Origin: Opitutales bacterium
GTDB lineage: Bacteria > Verrucomicrobiota > Verrucomicrobiia > Opitutales > UBA2987
NCBI GenBank assembly: GCA_965226885.1
Contig: CBDDEL010000017.1
Span: 768,001-832,000, forward strand
Length of the DNA: 64,000 nucleotides
Direction: 5' to 3'
Position 1 is the first letter of the stretch; each line of letters opens with the position of its first letter. Shown one piece after another: positions 1 to 10,965 of this stretch. The notes beneath the pieces are model-generated. The model did not search any database and was not told the origin of the DNA. It saw only the letters and a program-made list of their open reading frames with translations. The translations under genes and the position numbers were made by a program.

Positions 1-266
1 TGTATGAAATCATTTAGCTGGTTCCAATTTTCTATTTGATGCTTATCCTATAGCGGTCAGGTGGAACGCCTTGTTAGCAATCATTTTTGTTGAAGCTATG
101 GACCAGTTCTGGACGAACTGTCTTGTTATACACTGCACAAAAATGCTCATAAGAAATATCTCCTAATATCGGCTTGAGCTTTTCGAATAGATATTGACAA
201 TCTTTGACGATTCTGGGATACCGCATGAAAGTCAATGGTAATGCAGTATCAGATATCGCTAAGATA

Positions 267-2066
267 GAGGCTGTCCCAAAAGGGTGATTTTTGCGAGGGG
301 ATTTTGAAGAGTGTTCATTTTAGAGGTATTTTCTTTTGGGAGGGGGTGACTTTGCTCTCCTATGACGTTAGGATTCTGGTTTTGGGGTCCGTTTGCCTGG
401 TTTTCTTTGTATGGGCCGACAGTACGCCTGTGAAAAAGTATTGTCCTTGCTTTTCCGCTCTTTATTTAGGCCGCCGCTTTGGTTTTTAGTTCATCTTGCT
501 GGGCCAGCATCTTGGCCACTTTCCATAGATTGTGCGAGAGGACCGACCAGGCTACGCTGATCGAGCGGTTGGCAAAGCCTTTGGTGCGCAATCGCCCGGC
601 CTGCCAGCGATTCTTCAATACCCCGATCCGCCCTTCGGTGCTGGCCCGGCGCTTTTGCAATTGCCTGAAGTGTGGTTCCTCCATCCGTTTTTTCAACTGC
701 TTCGGATCGCGTGGACAGAGCGCATCGTAGATGCCCTCCTGGGCTAACTGCCGGCGGGCCCGCTGGGAGGCGAATCCCCGGTCCGCGCACATGGCCGCTA
801 TGGGTTCGGCTAGGTTGAAGCGGTTCTGTCTTTGCAAACTCTCTTGCATTTGTTCATTTTCGCTTGGCGTCCGGCTGCCGTAGAGTTTCCAGTCCAGCAG
901 GTATCCTTCAACGCTTTCACCCAAAAACAGGGTGTTGCCAAACTCAACCTCTTGGCCCGCTTTGCCTCGCACAATCACCTGCGTATCGGGTTCGTAAACA
1001 CTCAAAACTTTCTCTGCGTTTTTCACCTGGCGGCCGCCAATGATTCGCTCGTGCGCTTGCTTGATGACCACCGGGATTAGCTCGCTCATGCGCTCCATCC
1101 GGGTAAGGATCTGTTGGACCTGTTTTTCGCTGTAATCGCTTTGCTCCCAGCAGGCTTGCAATAATTCCCGGTGACTGCGGGCATGCTCCCCGATCCGTTT
1201 GAGCAGCTTTTTCATCTGCCTCAAGATACCCTTGCGTTGCCGCGCGCTGTCCTTTCGCCGCCGGCTGTGGGTCATCTGTATGCACAGCCGATTCATCTGC
1301 CGAGCCAAGGGCTCCGGTTCGATCGGCATGCGATGGCGCAAACCGGCCTTCTCACGGATCAGCCGGATCGCTTTGAGCAGCACCCAGTCCGTCGGCCAAT
1401 GAATGTTGACCTCCAAACAGGTGCCGTCGATCAGGCAAATGGTGGTGTCTATCGGCTTGTCCAATCCCACCACCTGCCGGGCCAGATCGGCATCGCCCAC
1501 AACCTTAGTCAAGGTCCGGTGCAAGGCCCTCAACTGCTCTTCGCTGAAAAACTTCGAGGCCCGTTCCAGGGTGCTCTTGGAGATGCCCCTTATGCCGTCG
1601 ATATGGCGGACACGACAAAAGTCAGCCAACAGATCGCTGCTGCCCAGAGCCCTCGACAAATGCCGAAACGAAATCCCACCGAGCAGATAACGCAGCGTTT
1701 CCATACGCAACGCCTTGAGGGCAAAATTAGCCCGCTTTTGCCGGGCCTTTACACTCATTGGCTGGCCTCTTTCCAAGGCCAGATCAACGCCCTGCGATTC
1801 CACCTCCGAATCGATCAGCAGCCGGTCGATACGCTCGATGGTGGCGCGAAAGTTATCGTAATCGAGGCAACGGTCGACCACAGTTAAAGCTGGACGCAGG
1901 AGGCATTGGATGGCTATATTTTTCATAGAAAGGGCTATATTGATTTTCGCTAACGCAATTATAGAACCCTTTTTTAGCCGGATCGAGCAAAAAAATGCTC
2001 TTTCCGGCTATTTTTATAAACGTCATCCAGTTGACTACAAAATCTTTATATTTTTGGGACAGCCTC
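267..2066 (-). mobile_element. IS5-like/ISNCY DDE insertion sequence, copy 1 (1800 bp, 24-bp internal deletion)
   Basis: TIRs GAGGCTGTCCCAAAA/TTTTGGGACAGCCTC; near-identical to the copies at 26429 and 37309. Confidence 0.92.
466..1926 (-). CDS. DDE transposase, 486 aa (lacks DVAGTLLK relative to the 494-aa copies)
   Basis: Motifs LIDGT, GKAGQEVEFG, ADRGF, RRASTEGRIGVLK. Confidence 0.9.
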   Translation of the reverse strand: MKNIAIQCLLRPALTVVDRCLDYDNFRATIERIDRLLIDSEVESQGVDLALERGQPMSVKARQKRANFALKALRMETLRYLLGGISFRHLSRALGSSDLLADFCRVRHIDGIRGISKSTLERASKFFSEEQLRALHRTLTKVVGDADLARQVVGLDKPIDTTICLIDGTCLEVNIHWPTDWVLLKAIRLIREKAGLRHRMPIEPEPLARQMNRLCIQMTHSRRRKDSARQRKGILRQMKKLLKRIGEHARSHRELLQACWEQSDYSEKQVQQILTRMERMSELIPVVIKQAHERIIGGRQVKNAEKVLSVYEPDTQVIVRGKAGQEVEFGNTLFLGESVEGYLLDWKLYGSRTPSENEQMQESLQRQNRFNLAEPIAAMCADRGFASQRARRQLAQEGIYDALCPRDPKQLKKRMEEPHFRQLQKRRASTEGRIGVLKNRWQAGRLRTKGFANRSISVAWSVLSHNLWKVAKMLAQQDELKTKAAA

Positions 2067-2395
2067 TAACATACCGTCTGCTTTCCGCAGCCGAATACAA
2101 ATCTCGGATGGGAATGAAAACATGCTCGATGATTATATCGTCACGGCATAAAACTTCTTCTGCATAATGACAAAACTTTGGGTGCTTTACAATATAGGGA
2201 CAGTCTATATGTCTTATGTCATGTTCTAATCCGGCGCGAGACTTTTTAAATTTCTTAGACTCAAACTCAATGTCTTCAGCACTAAATCCGGTTTCAAGGC
2301 CTAGATGTGTAAAAAGCTCGATCAAGAAAGTAGTTCCACTTCTCCCTGTGCCTGTTATTATTACATGATTTCTTGTGGACATAGTTTCTCCTCCC

Positions 2396-3416
2396 TCACC
2401 AACCGAAATTCTGTCCCAGCTTCTCATAAAGTTCCTCGTTATATGGCCTGGCCGGTAAAAATTATCCAGATATTCGTAGACTTCACCCCATTGTTTCATA
2501 AATTCAATCAGATTCAAGACTGTGATCCGCATAAACAAAGGGACTAACGTGCAAAAAAGGTATATTGCTGAACTTCACAAAAAGTGAAGATACAAAAATG
2601 GATTGATAGAGCGTTATTATGGTTGTTTATGCCGCATTCAGAAGGTTTTTACTCAATATTTATGAAACAATGGGGTTCACCATCGACTTTCTTCTTGTGG
2701 CGCCCGCGCCAGCGCACACTCAGGTCCTTCACAGTGTAATCCGGATCGATTTCCAGAAATTCGAATACTCTTCTTAAAGTAGCCTGCGGATCGGCGAAAA
2801 ATTTCTCACTGCACAGTATCAGCAATTGATCCCGGTCAAAAAGCCGCCAGTAACGTTCCAGATTTCTCATATACTTCCCCACTTCCAAATAGGTAAATTG
2901 ATAACGCCGGTCTCGGCCCAGAATGCGATCCCTAAGCCTCTGTTTTCGTTTGGAGAAAGCGTAATCCTTGTCAGCCTGCATGGCCTCCAGGATCGGCATG
3001 CTTTCGTAGTGCGCCCATAATTTCATAAAGTAGCGTGATATAACACTCTCTGTTGGGTTGCGCAAAAGACACAGCATTTTTACATTCGGCAACATCTTTT
3101 TAATGCGTTCACACACTAAAGGATTATCGAGGTAGCCCGGAGAGGCTTCTCCGGTTATGCTGTCGTGATTCATAGTTTTAAGCAGAGGAAAGTTTGAACG
3201 ATACCAATCCTCTCCCTTGTTGTAATTACGATTGAAAAAACGTACTTCTTTCCGCATTGCAGGAAGGACTTGGGGGTGTTCACTGATGTAGGCATACATT
3301 GAGGTGGTCCCACACTTTGCAGCTCCGATTATGAGAAAATCTGGAAGCGCCCGTTGTTTCGCGGTCGCAAACCTGTATGGTTTTTGTGCCATCAATTTGA
3401 GCTGCTTTAACTTCAT
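2396..3416 (-). pseudogene. PAPS-dependent sulfotransferase (heparan-sulfate 3-OST-like), 3' end disrupted
   Basis: Motifs PDFLIIGAAKCGTT, KEVRFF, GEASPGY, LLRNP. 190-bp MITE at 2486-2675 and a 5-bp TGGCC duplication at 2444-2453; removing both restores ...VDGEVYEYLDNFYRPYNEELYEKLGQNFGW*. Confidence 0.85.
2486..2675. mobile_element. 190-bp MITE, family B, copy 1
   Basis: 17-bp TIR CCCCATTGTTTCATAAA, 4-bp TSD TTCA; second copy at 17578-17767. Confidence 0.9.
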
Positions 3417-3449
3417 TCTCGAAAAAATGTTCTCTAATAGCCTAGTTTA

Positions 3450-3747
3450 GAGGCTGTCCCAAAAACCCGAATTTTGCGAATTGAAATATTCGACTCCGAA
3501 CTGTATGGGAACGTAAGTCATTCAATTCCGTCAAAAACGCTGTATAAGGCCTCTTTTCGTTATAAATATAATCGCGTCAGACAGAGGTCTATGGTAGAAT
3601 TGTATTTGAATATGCAAAACAAGAGAAAGGCTGACGGTGTTATAGACATCGAAATTGCCCAAAATCCCCTAAAAACGGTCTTTATAACAGCTTTATAAAC
3701 AAGTTAACTCACTGTAAAACAAATGGTTATAACTTTGGGACAGCCTC
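3450..3747 (+). mobile_element. 298-bp MITE, family A
   Basis: TIR GAGGCTGTCCCAAA; flanking duplication TAGTTTA. Confidence 0.93.
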
Positions 3748-4629
3748 TAGTTTAATGAGTGCATCACCGAATAGATCGAAGAATCTGGTTTGGTGTATGG
3801 GTTTGAAATACTTTTTCCATTGACCAGATTTTCCCGATCTTATGTGGGTAGAATGGTTAATTTTTCCAGAAAATAAGCTGTTTTTGTGAGCGATTAATAG
3901 TAAATAGGGAATCGTTTTTCCAGGGAAACCAAGAAAGATAAAGATTTTATGAAATAAGTTTAAATCCGTATCCAATATCAAGTTTTCGTATTTAATTTCA
4001 TAGAATGATGAGTAAGTATAATCCCATAGCAGCATATCTTCGATTGTTTTTCTACCGTAATTTTTCATTTCAAAGAGAATTTGATCATCAATATTGTTAT
4101 AGCTGTTGATTTTTTGTTGGTAGGTGAGCCCTTGAAATTCTTTCCTAGGCAAGTGAAGCCATTTTTCGACTGCTTTTTGATGATAGAAACATCCGGATAT
4201 GATTACGTCCCGTGGGTCACGAATCATGTGGAGGCCTCGAAACGGCGTTCCAATGGAATCGAGATCAAACGCACTGTGGTTTTCAAAATAAATATCATAA
4301 TGTGTGGGCAAGTTTTCTTTTTTGCCATTGTGAACTCTTATGCGATGGTGGAAAATCAAGGAGTGGATAAAGCAGATTTCGTTAAATATGGAGCCAAGCC
4401 AAATAGTGCCTGTTTTGTGGTGTGTGCCAATCAGTATTTTATGAGGGAGCTTAAATTTCGACTTCAAATTACGTGAAAGATTTCTGTAAAGCTCCAGGCG
4501 TTTAAAAGGCAGGAGAATTTTTTTAAATATCCTTATCTGATTTGGGTGGAGACGTTTCCTCAAATATTCTTTCATTCCGGGTTTCAGTAAGGTGTCAGAT
4601 CTGTTTCCAAGTGTTGATGCCGTATTCAC
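3727..4629 (-). CDS. Sulfotransferase domain protein; last codons replaced by MITE sequence
   Basis: Motifs GTHHKTGT (5'-PSB-like), IRDPRDVIISG, IKYE, HIRSGKSGQWK. Native end LIKLGY*, now LIKLEAVPKL*. Confidence 0.8.
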   Translation of the reverse strand: MNTASTLGNRSDTLLKPGMKEYLRKRLHPNQIRIFKKILLPFKRLELYRNLSRNLKSKFKLPHKILIGTHHKTGTIWLGSIFNEICFIHSLIFHHRIRVHNGKKENLPTHYDIYFENHSAFDLDSIGTPFRGLHMIRDPRDVIISGCFYHQKAVEKWLHLPRKEFQGLTYQQKINSYNNIDDQILFEMKNYGRKTIEDMLLWDYTYSSFYEIKYENLILDTDLNLFHKIFIFLGFPGKTIPYLLLIAHKNSLFSGKINHSTHIRSGKSGQWKKYFKPIHQTRFFDLFGDALIKLEAVPKL

Positions 4630-4883
4630 TGTAATCTGAAAAATTAATTAATTTATTCAAACCTATCAAAGGGAGCCAACCTATCGGTTGCTTGTTTTTG
4701 GGTTTTGTGGTAGAGTGCGGTTTGATGAAATTTCAGATGGGGATGGAGATTGAATTTTATTAATACGGATGAACGCAAATGTGGTTGAGGGAGGGGGAAA
4801 TTCTGTTTTGGTGGGATATTTTGGCGCATTTATGGTTTTTTTCAATCTTTGTTCAAACGCATCAAACGTAGCCAACCTATCCA

Positions 4884-4912
4884 TTGACATTTTTTTCGTT
4901 TTGCTGTATAAT
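4884..4912 (+). promoter_or_regulatory. Consensus sigma70-type promoter upstream of rodA
   Basis: TTGACA-17 bp-TATAAT, ending 83 bp before the rodA ATG. Confidence 0.75.
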
Positions 4913-4995
4913 GTGCGCTCATGTTGCAAAAGACTTCAGACAGGAATGGAAATATTTTTTAACCACGGATTGGAATAATTTTAACTTTTGAAATC

Positions 4996-6240
4996 ATGCA
5001 GGAGGCGGCTTTTAGAGGGGGGGGAAATCGGTATCGGGCTCTGATTCACCAGGCGGGGCGGGGGCGGACGGATTGGATACAGCCGGTTTGCATGGGGGTT
5101 TTGTGCGTCATGGGTGTTTTTTTTATTTATTCGGCGCAGGTGTATAGCGGGCAGTCGCTGTGGATTCGGCAGGTGGTGTGGATTGTTTTGGGGGCGGGTG
5201 TCTATATTGGGATTTCTTTGTTGGATTACAAGATTTTACTGGAGAAGGCGCACTTGATTTACTTTGGGTCGGTGGGGCTGTTACTGCTACTGTGGAGTCC
5301 TTTGGGGGATGAGCGGTTTAACGCGCTGCGCTGGCTGGATTTCGGGGTGGCCTCGTTTCAGCCGTCGGAGGCGGCCAAGATCGGGGTGCTGGTGATGGTG
5401 TCGAGTTTGCTGGCGAGGTCGGAGGTGGGGTCGGTGCGGGAGTCGGTTTCGGTGTTGGTGAAAGTGGGAATTGTGGTGGGGGTACCTATTTTGTTGATTT
5501 TTTGGCAACCGGACCTAGGCTCTGCCTTGGTAATTCCACCAATGGTCTTTTCTTTATTATACGTTTCGAAGCTTTCCAAGCGATTTTTCATGGCGGTTTT
5601 CGCGTTGTTTGCGCTGTTGTCGGCGGCGCTGGCCGTGGATATGTACCGGTATTTGAATTTTTTGCAGGTTAACGAGCTTTCGGCTTACGACAACCGGGGG
5701 GAATACGAAAAACATTCGTGGATTCCGCTTAAAGATTATCAACGAAACCGCATACTTACACAATTTGTGCCGGAGGCGATCGATCCAAGGGGGATCGGCG
5801 TCAGTTGGAACCAGCGGCAGTCTTTGCTTTCGGTCGGCTCGGGGGGGTTGCTCGGCAAGGGTTGGAGTGAGGGGACCCAGGCCAAGCTGGGTTATTTGCC
5901 GCAGTCCGTAGCGCACAATGACTTTATTTTCGCCGTGCTGGCCGAGGAGAAGGGTTATTTGGGGAGTATGGCCGTGGTTTTCCTTTTTGCCTTGATTGTT
6001 TTTAATGGCGTGCGCATTGCGGGGGTGGCGCGCGACCGCTTTGGCATGTTGTTGAGCATCGGGGTGAGTGTAATTTTCATTGTTCACATTTATATCAATA
6101 TCGGCATGACTATCAACTTGATGCCGATAACCGGCCTGCCTTTACCATTTCTTAGTTACGGCGGGTCCTTTATTTTAAGTTGTTGTCTTTTGCAGGGTTT
6201 GGTCCAGAGCGTTTATCGCTGTCGGAAGGAATTTTCATGA
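4996..6240 (+). CDS. rodA: Rod shape-determining protein RodA (FtsW/RodA/SpoVE, SEDS family)
   Basis: Motifs FQPSEAAK, QPDLGS, GSGGLLGKG, HNDFIFAVLAEE, PITGLPLPFLSYGGS. Confidence 0.92.
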   Translation: MQEAAFRGGGNRYRALIHQAGRGRTDWIQPVCMGVLCVMGVFFIYSAQVYSGQSLWIRQVVWIVLGAGVYIGISLLDYKILLEKAHLIYFGSVGLLLLLWSPLGDERFNALRWLDFGVASFQPSEAAKIGVLVMVSSLLARSEVGSVRESVSVLVKVGIVVGVPILLIFWQPDLGSALVIPPMVFSLLYVSKLSKRFFMAVFALFALLSAALAVDMYRYLNFLQVNELSAYDNRGEYEKHSWIPLKDYQRNRILTQFVPEAIDPRGIGVSWNQRQSLLSVGSGGLLGKGWSEGTQAKLGYLPQSVAHNDFIFAVLAEEKGYLGSMAVVFLFALIVFNGVRIAGVARDRFGMLLSIGVSVIFIVHIYINIGMTINLMPITGLPLPFLSYGGSFILSCCLLQGLVQSVYRCRKEFS

Positions 6241-6384
6241 ATTCGAGTTCGAATTGTATTCCCCACCCACATCAGCATCCGCGACCGCGATCGATTCTTG
6301 ATGCGGCCACAGGCGCAGGCAGGGGCGAAACATGGCAACTAAAGAAGATAAAGGGCCCGATTAACCCTTATCACAGGATTCATT

Positions 6385-8139
6385 ATGAACCAATCTCATT
6401 CGCCCAAGACGAATAACCCTAATATTTCCAGCAAACTAGAAAAAAAACTAAACGCCCCACCCAAGGAACAACCGCAAGTCGATGTCAACCCGGAGCAATT
6501 GCACCGAGATGCCCGCGAACGGGCCAAGAAGCAGCCCATTGTCCAGCGGATGGTCAAAGCGCTGAAAAAGGATACGGCGCCATTTCGGGAAATCATCATC
6601 AATTCAGAGCCTCTGGAGCAGCGGGTGGCATTGCTGGTGGAGGGCATCCTGGAAAAGTTCGAGATCGAGCGGATCGGCGAAGACCGCATGGTGGGGAGTA
6701 TTTTCAAGGGGAAAATTCAAAACCTGGAGCCTGGGTTGAAAGCGGCTTTTGTCGATATCGGGCAGCCCAAAAATGCCTTCCTGCACTATTGGGACATATT
6801 GCCGGCGGCCAACGATTCGTCCATCGAATTTGTCCGCGACACGCGCTCGGCGGAGCAAAAGAACAAGCGAGACAAAATCAGCCTCAAGGATATCCCCGGC
6901 CTCTATCCGGTGGGCAAAGAGATCGTTATCCAGGTGACCAAGGCCCAGATCGGCACCAAGGGCCCGCGCACCACCACCAACATTGCCTTGCCGGGCCGCT
7001 ATCTGGTGCTCATGCCATTTTCCGGACAGTGCGGAATATCCCGTAAAATTGAAAATTACAAAGAGCGGCAGCGGTTAAAGAGAATTCTACGCAAGCTGAC
7101 CATACCGGAAGGCATGGGAGTCATCATCCGCACCGCAGGGGAGGCCAAAAAAATCCGCTATTTCATCCGCGATTTGCATATTATGCTGCGCGAATGGGAG
7201 GAAATCCAGAGCCGCCTGGAGGAGGCCAAACAACCAGCCCGCCTTTACCAGGAACCCGATATTATCGAGCGTACGGTGTGCGACTTTCTAACCGAGGAGA
7301 TCGACCGGGTGCTCATCGACAACCCGGAAGACTATGAGCATATGTCCGAATTGGTGGCTGGCATTTCACCACGATCCAAGGGCAAGATCAACCACTTCAA
7401 CGAAAGCATCCCGATCTTCGAACGTTTCAATATCGAGCGCCAGATCGAGCAAACCTTCCAGCGCACCGTGCCGCTGCCCTCGGGGGGGGAGATTGTGGTC
7501 GAGGAAACGGAGGCCCTGGTCGCCATCGACGTCAATACCGGGGCCCATAAAAACAAGAACGGTAACGGCGGAAATTTCATCCTTCAGGTAAACCTGGAAG
7601 CGGCCCGGGAAATCGCCCGCCAAATTCACCTGCGCAATATCGGAGGTTTGATCATCATCGATTTCATTGACATGAAACAGCGCCGGGACCGCAATAGCGT
7701 TCTCAAGGTAATGCGCGACAAAATGTCCAAAGACAAAGCCAAGTGCCACATATTGCCCATATCCCAACTCGGCATCATGCAAATGACGCGCCAGCGCCAC
7801 AAAGAGAGTTTTTTCTCCGGCATCTACACCGGCTGCCCCTATTGCACGGCCCGCGGCATCGTTAAATCACCCCGCAGCATGAGCGTCGAGGTGCAGCGCA
7901 GGCTGGTCAGTGTGCTGCGGCGCTTGCGCGGCGGCAGCGATAAGCAAGAAGATCAACCGCTCAACCTGCGGGTGCTGTGCCACCCCAGCATACTGGAAAG
8001 AATGCGCCTGGAAGACGAACCCCACCTGATCGAGCTCGAAGACCTCTACAATGTCCGCCTCGCCTTCCGCGCCGACCCCTCCCACCACGTCGAAAATTTC
8101 ACCATCCTCGACGCCGTAACCGGCCAGGAAATGCGCTAG
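6385..8139 (+). CDS. Rne/Rng family ribonuclease (RNase E/G)
   Basis: S1 domain [44 protein letters not shown] Zn-link. Confidence 0.95.
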   Translation: MNQSHSPKTNNPNISSKLEKKLNAPPKEQPQVDVNPEQLHRDARERAKKQPIVQRMVKALKKDTAPFREIIINSEPLEQRVALLVEGILEKFEIERIGEDRMVGSIFKGKIQNLEPGLKAAFVDIGQPKNAFLHYWDILPAANDSSIEFVRDTRSAEQKNKRDKISLKDIPGLYPVGKEIVIQVTKAQIGTKGPRTTTNIALPGRYLVLMPFSGQCGISRKIENYKERQRLKRILRKLTIPEGMGVIIRTAGEAKKIRYFIRDLHIMLREWEEIQSRLEEAKQPARLYQEPDIIERTVCDFLTEEIDRVLIDNPEDYEHMSELVAGISPRSKGKINHFNESIPIFERFNIERQIEQTFQRTVPLPSGGEIVVEETEALVAIDVNTGAHKNKNGNGGNFILQVNLEAAREIARQIHLRNIGGLIIIDFIDMKQRRDRNSVLKVMRDKMSKDKAKCHILPISQLGIMQMTRQRHKESFFSGIYTGCPYCTARGIVKSPRSMSVEVQRRLVSVLRRLRGGSDKQEDQPLNLRVLCHPSILERMRLEDEPHLIELEDLYNVRLAFRADPSHHVENFTILDAVTGQEMR

Positions 8140-8622
8140 GGTTTAGTAAATCCGTGCCTCCGTGAGAAATAATATTTCCCGTCAGGCAACAAATATGTAT
8201 TTCAGGTAGCAACATTGGTTTTGCATAATACAAAAAATTTTTCGTCAATTATGATCTGCTTTCAATTTCAATTGAGCGCCTTTGCAAGAAATCATCAAAT
8301 TTATGATGGCAAGTAATCTCTTTTAAATGTTTCTTATTTTCTAACCTAATTTTAAATATCGTATAAAGATCGGTTCCGGGAAATTTTTTTGCATGGGAAT
8401 TCGCGGCACCAATAACTCCACTAATACTTTGTGAAAGAAATTTACGGTCTTTTATATCAATTCCTATTTCATCATATATATCTATGAGAATGATACTCGA
8501 TTTTCTCTTATCTTGGGATGATTTCTTAGTTTCGCAAATATTCGCTGTATTTATCCAATATATTTTTCCATCATAAACATCAATATCTATGATTTCAGCG
8601 TTGAGATTCAAATAATAATTTA

Positions 8623-8920
8623 GAGGCTGTCCCAAAAACCCGAATTTTGCGAATTGAAATATTCGACTCCGAACTGTATGGGAACGTAAGTCATTCAATT
8701 CCGTCAAAAACGCTGTATAAGGCCTCTTTTCGTTATAAATATAATCGCGTCAGACAGAGGTCTATGGTAGAATTGTATTTGAATATGCAAAACAAGAGAA
8801 AGGCTGACGGTGTTATAGACATCGAAATTGCCCAAAATCCTCTAAAAACGGTCTTTATAACAGCTTTATAAACAAGTTAACTCACTGTAAAACAAATGGT
8901 TATAACTTTGGGACAGCCTC
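8623..8920 (+). mobile_element. 298-bp MITE, family A
   Basis: TIRs; duplication TAATTTA. Confidence 0.93.
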
Positions 8921-9389
8921 TAATTTAAGTCTAACGAACTTCCCTTTAGAGGGGCTTCAAGCATTGTTTCTCGACTCTTCCCCGTATATTCGACAATTCC
9001 AAAATCAGATATTTTAACAAATATATACCCAGAAGATATAAGTTTTAAAATATTAAAACTTGTAGATAACCTTGATATGTTACACAGTTCAGAAAATTTG
9101 TAGACACCTTCAATACCGCCGTCTTTTATTATATTTATTACAATTTCATCAGGCAGTAAAAATTGAGCAGAAAAACGATTTGCTTCAGATTCAAGTTGAT
9201 GATAAGTTAAGTCAGCAAAATAAGAGTCCCACTCACCTGAATATTCGCTCGGTTTACAAGCAAAATTTCCTACATGCCAAGGGATTAAAATAGAGGCTGT
9301 CCCAAAGTTATAACCATTTGTTTTACAGTAAGTTAACTTGTTTATAAAGCTGTCATAAAGACCGTTTTTAGGGGATTTTGGGCAATTTC

Positions 9390-10191
9390 GGTAGTGTATA
9401 AAAAAAGAATGTTATTTTGTATTTTTAGCTTTACAAATAGCGTTAGGCAGTTTATTCTTAGTGCATGGTTACTAAAATTATTAATTGTCGGCACTGTGGA
9501 AGTGAAAATATCATTAAATTTGGCAAGACGCCCAACCATAAACAGCGCTACCGCTGCCATGATTGTGGTAAACAAAGCCGCGAAAACCCCACAGTGAAAT
9601 ACACCGAAGAGCAAAAAGAAATGATCCTTCGAGTCTATCAGGAACGCAGCAGTCTACGCGGTTTACAGCGCGCCTTCGGGGTGAGTCCCAACACCGTTTT
9701 GAGTTGGTTAAAAAAAACGACAATCGCTGCGACCGCTCAAAAGCACGATTCTTGCGGCCCGCCGCCATGATGTCATTGAACTGGACGAACTGTGGTCTTT
9801 TGTGGGACGCAAGAGCGATGCCCAATGGGTTTGGATCGCTCTTTGCCGACGCACCCGTCAAATCCTCTCATATGCCATTGGGCCTCGGGATTGGTATCGT
9901 TGCCGGGAACTTTACGAGCGTCTGCCACGGGCCTACAAAAGATGTGCCACCTACAGCGACTTTTGGTCCACTTATGATGAAGTCTTTCCTCATAACCGAT
10001 CCGTGGGAAAAGAAACCGGTGAAACGGCCCATGTGGAACGATGGAACAATACCCTGCGCCAACGACTGGGTCGTTTCACACGCAAAACCCTCTCCTTTTC
10101 CAAGCTTAAGAGTATGCATGAAACCTGTCTGAGACTTTTCATTCATCAATATAATCAAGAATTAGCCACCATTCCTACTTAATACACTACC
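9390..10191 (+). mobile_element. IS1-family element (802 bp)
   Basis: TIR GGTAGTGTAT, 8-bp TSD GCAATTTC. Confidence 0.93.
9465..10182 (+). CDS. IS1 transposase InsA/InsB, frameshifted at an A8C run
   Basis: Zn ribbon CRHC..CHDC plus HTH; Ins[10 protein letters not shown]...SDFW...[12 protein letters not shown]. Confidence 0.88.
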
Positions 10192-10648
10192 GCAATTTCG
10201 ATGTCTATAACACCGTCAGCCTTTCTCTTGTTTTGCATATTCAAATACAATTCTACCATAGACCTCTGTCTGACGCGATTATATTTATAACGAATAGAGG
10301 CCTTATACAGCGTTTTTGACGGAATTGAATGACTTACGTTCCCTTACAGTTCGGAGTCGAATATCTCAATTCGCAAAATTCGGGTTTTTGGGACAGCCTC
10401 TAAAATATGCCCTAATTCGTGTCCCAAAGTAAATGTTTTTCGGGTATCCGGTAGTTGATCATCAAGGATTATTAATGGCTTATTTTTATTATTTTGATGT
10501 GCAATTAGAATTGCATCTAAATTGAAAGGAATTTGGTCATATACAACATCAGCAAACTCTCGAATAACCTCCTCAATATTAAAAGGAGGTTTTAAATGTA
10601 GGCGATTAAGCCACGCATTCGCTAAATTTTCTTCAGATTTCATAAATC

Positions 10649-10960
10649 TTAAAGATAGGCTTTACTTCGTAACCATTCTTTAAGATTTTCCGAATCTTGC
10701 TGAGATTGAGATCTAGCGGCGAGTAAATGTATTTCAGGCCAATCAGCATCATTTACATTCTCGCCTGTTTTCTTGTGATAAAGGATTGATCCTAGTGCAT
10801 TGGGATTTTCGACCCATAAAGCATATTCATCAAAAGTCAGTCCAAGATAATCATGAAGTTCAAGATCTGAATCAGATTGATGCCAAATTTCAACGTACTG
10901 TGAAATAGCATCTTCAAATTCTAAACCTTGAAGAACTTTTTCTATGAAATTCGTTTTCAT
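10649..10960 (-). CDS. Acidic 103-aa protein, candidate antitoxin/immunity partner
   Basis: Start overlapped the toxin stop (ATGA) before the IS1 insertion; 5 nt from the peptidase start; LHDYLGLTFDEYALWV and LLAARS motifs. Confidence 0.75.
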   Translation of the reverse strand: MKTNFIEKVLQGLEFEDAISQYVEIWHQSDSDLELHDYLGLTFDEYALWVENPNALGSILYHKKTGENVNDADWPEIHLLAARSQSQQDSENLKEWLRSKAYL

Positions 10961-10965
10961 TTTAA

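Larger units (their letters stand above)
74..2382 (-). pseudogene. Sulfotransferase-like P-loop protein split by an IS, with probable internal deletion
   Basis: N-half MSTRNHVIITGTGRSGTTFL...SAAESRRYV runs 2382-2068. C-half ILAISDTALPLTFMRYPRIVKDCQYLFEKLKPILG...HSFNKNDC* runs 265-74. IS flanks differ (TAAGATA/TAACATA) and the halves are out of frame if joined. Confidence 0.7.
9293..10400 (-). mobile_element. 298-bp MITE, family A, with nested IS1
   Basis: Duplication TAAAATA; 1108 - 802 - 8 = 298 bp. Confidence 0.92.
8249..10643 (-). pseudogene. ImmA/IrrE (DUF955) zinc metallopeptidase, 324 aa when restored; interrupted by two MITEs, one carrying an IS1
   Basis: Excising 9293-10400 and 8623-8920 plus one duplication each gives a 975-nt ORF: ...FTLGHELGHILIPWH...ESEANRFSAQFLLP...SIEIESRS*. 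Confidence 0.88.

Noticed and set aside
2035..2538. 167-aa ORF as one gene
   Set aside because: Chimera of MITE-B, a frameshifted sulfotransferase tail, the next gene (true start 2382) and an IS end
3474..3698. 74-aa ORF repeated at 8647-8871
   Set aside because: Lies within MITE-A and is broken by a TAA in the other six copies
8249..8707. 152-aa ORF as an independent gene
   Set aside because: MITE-derived start fused to the C-terminus of the ImmA/IrrE peptidase
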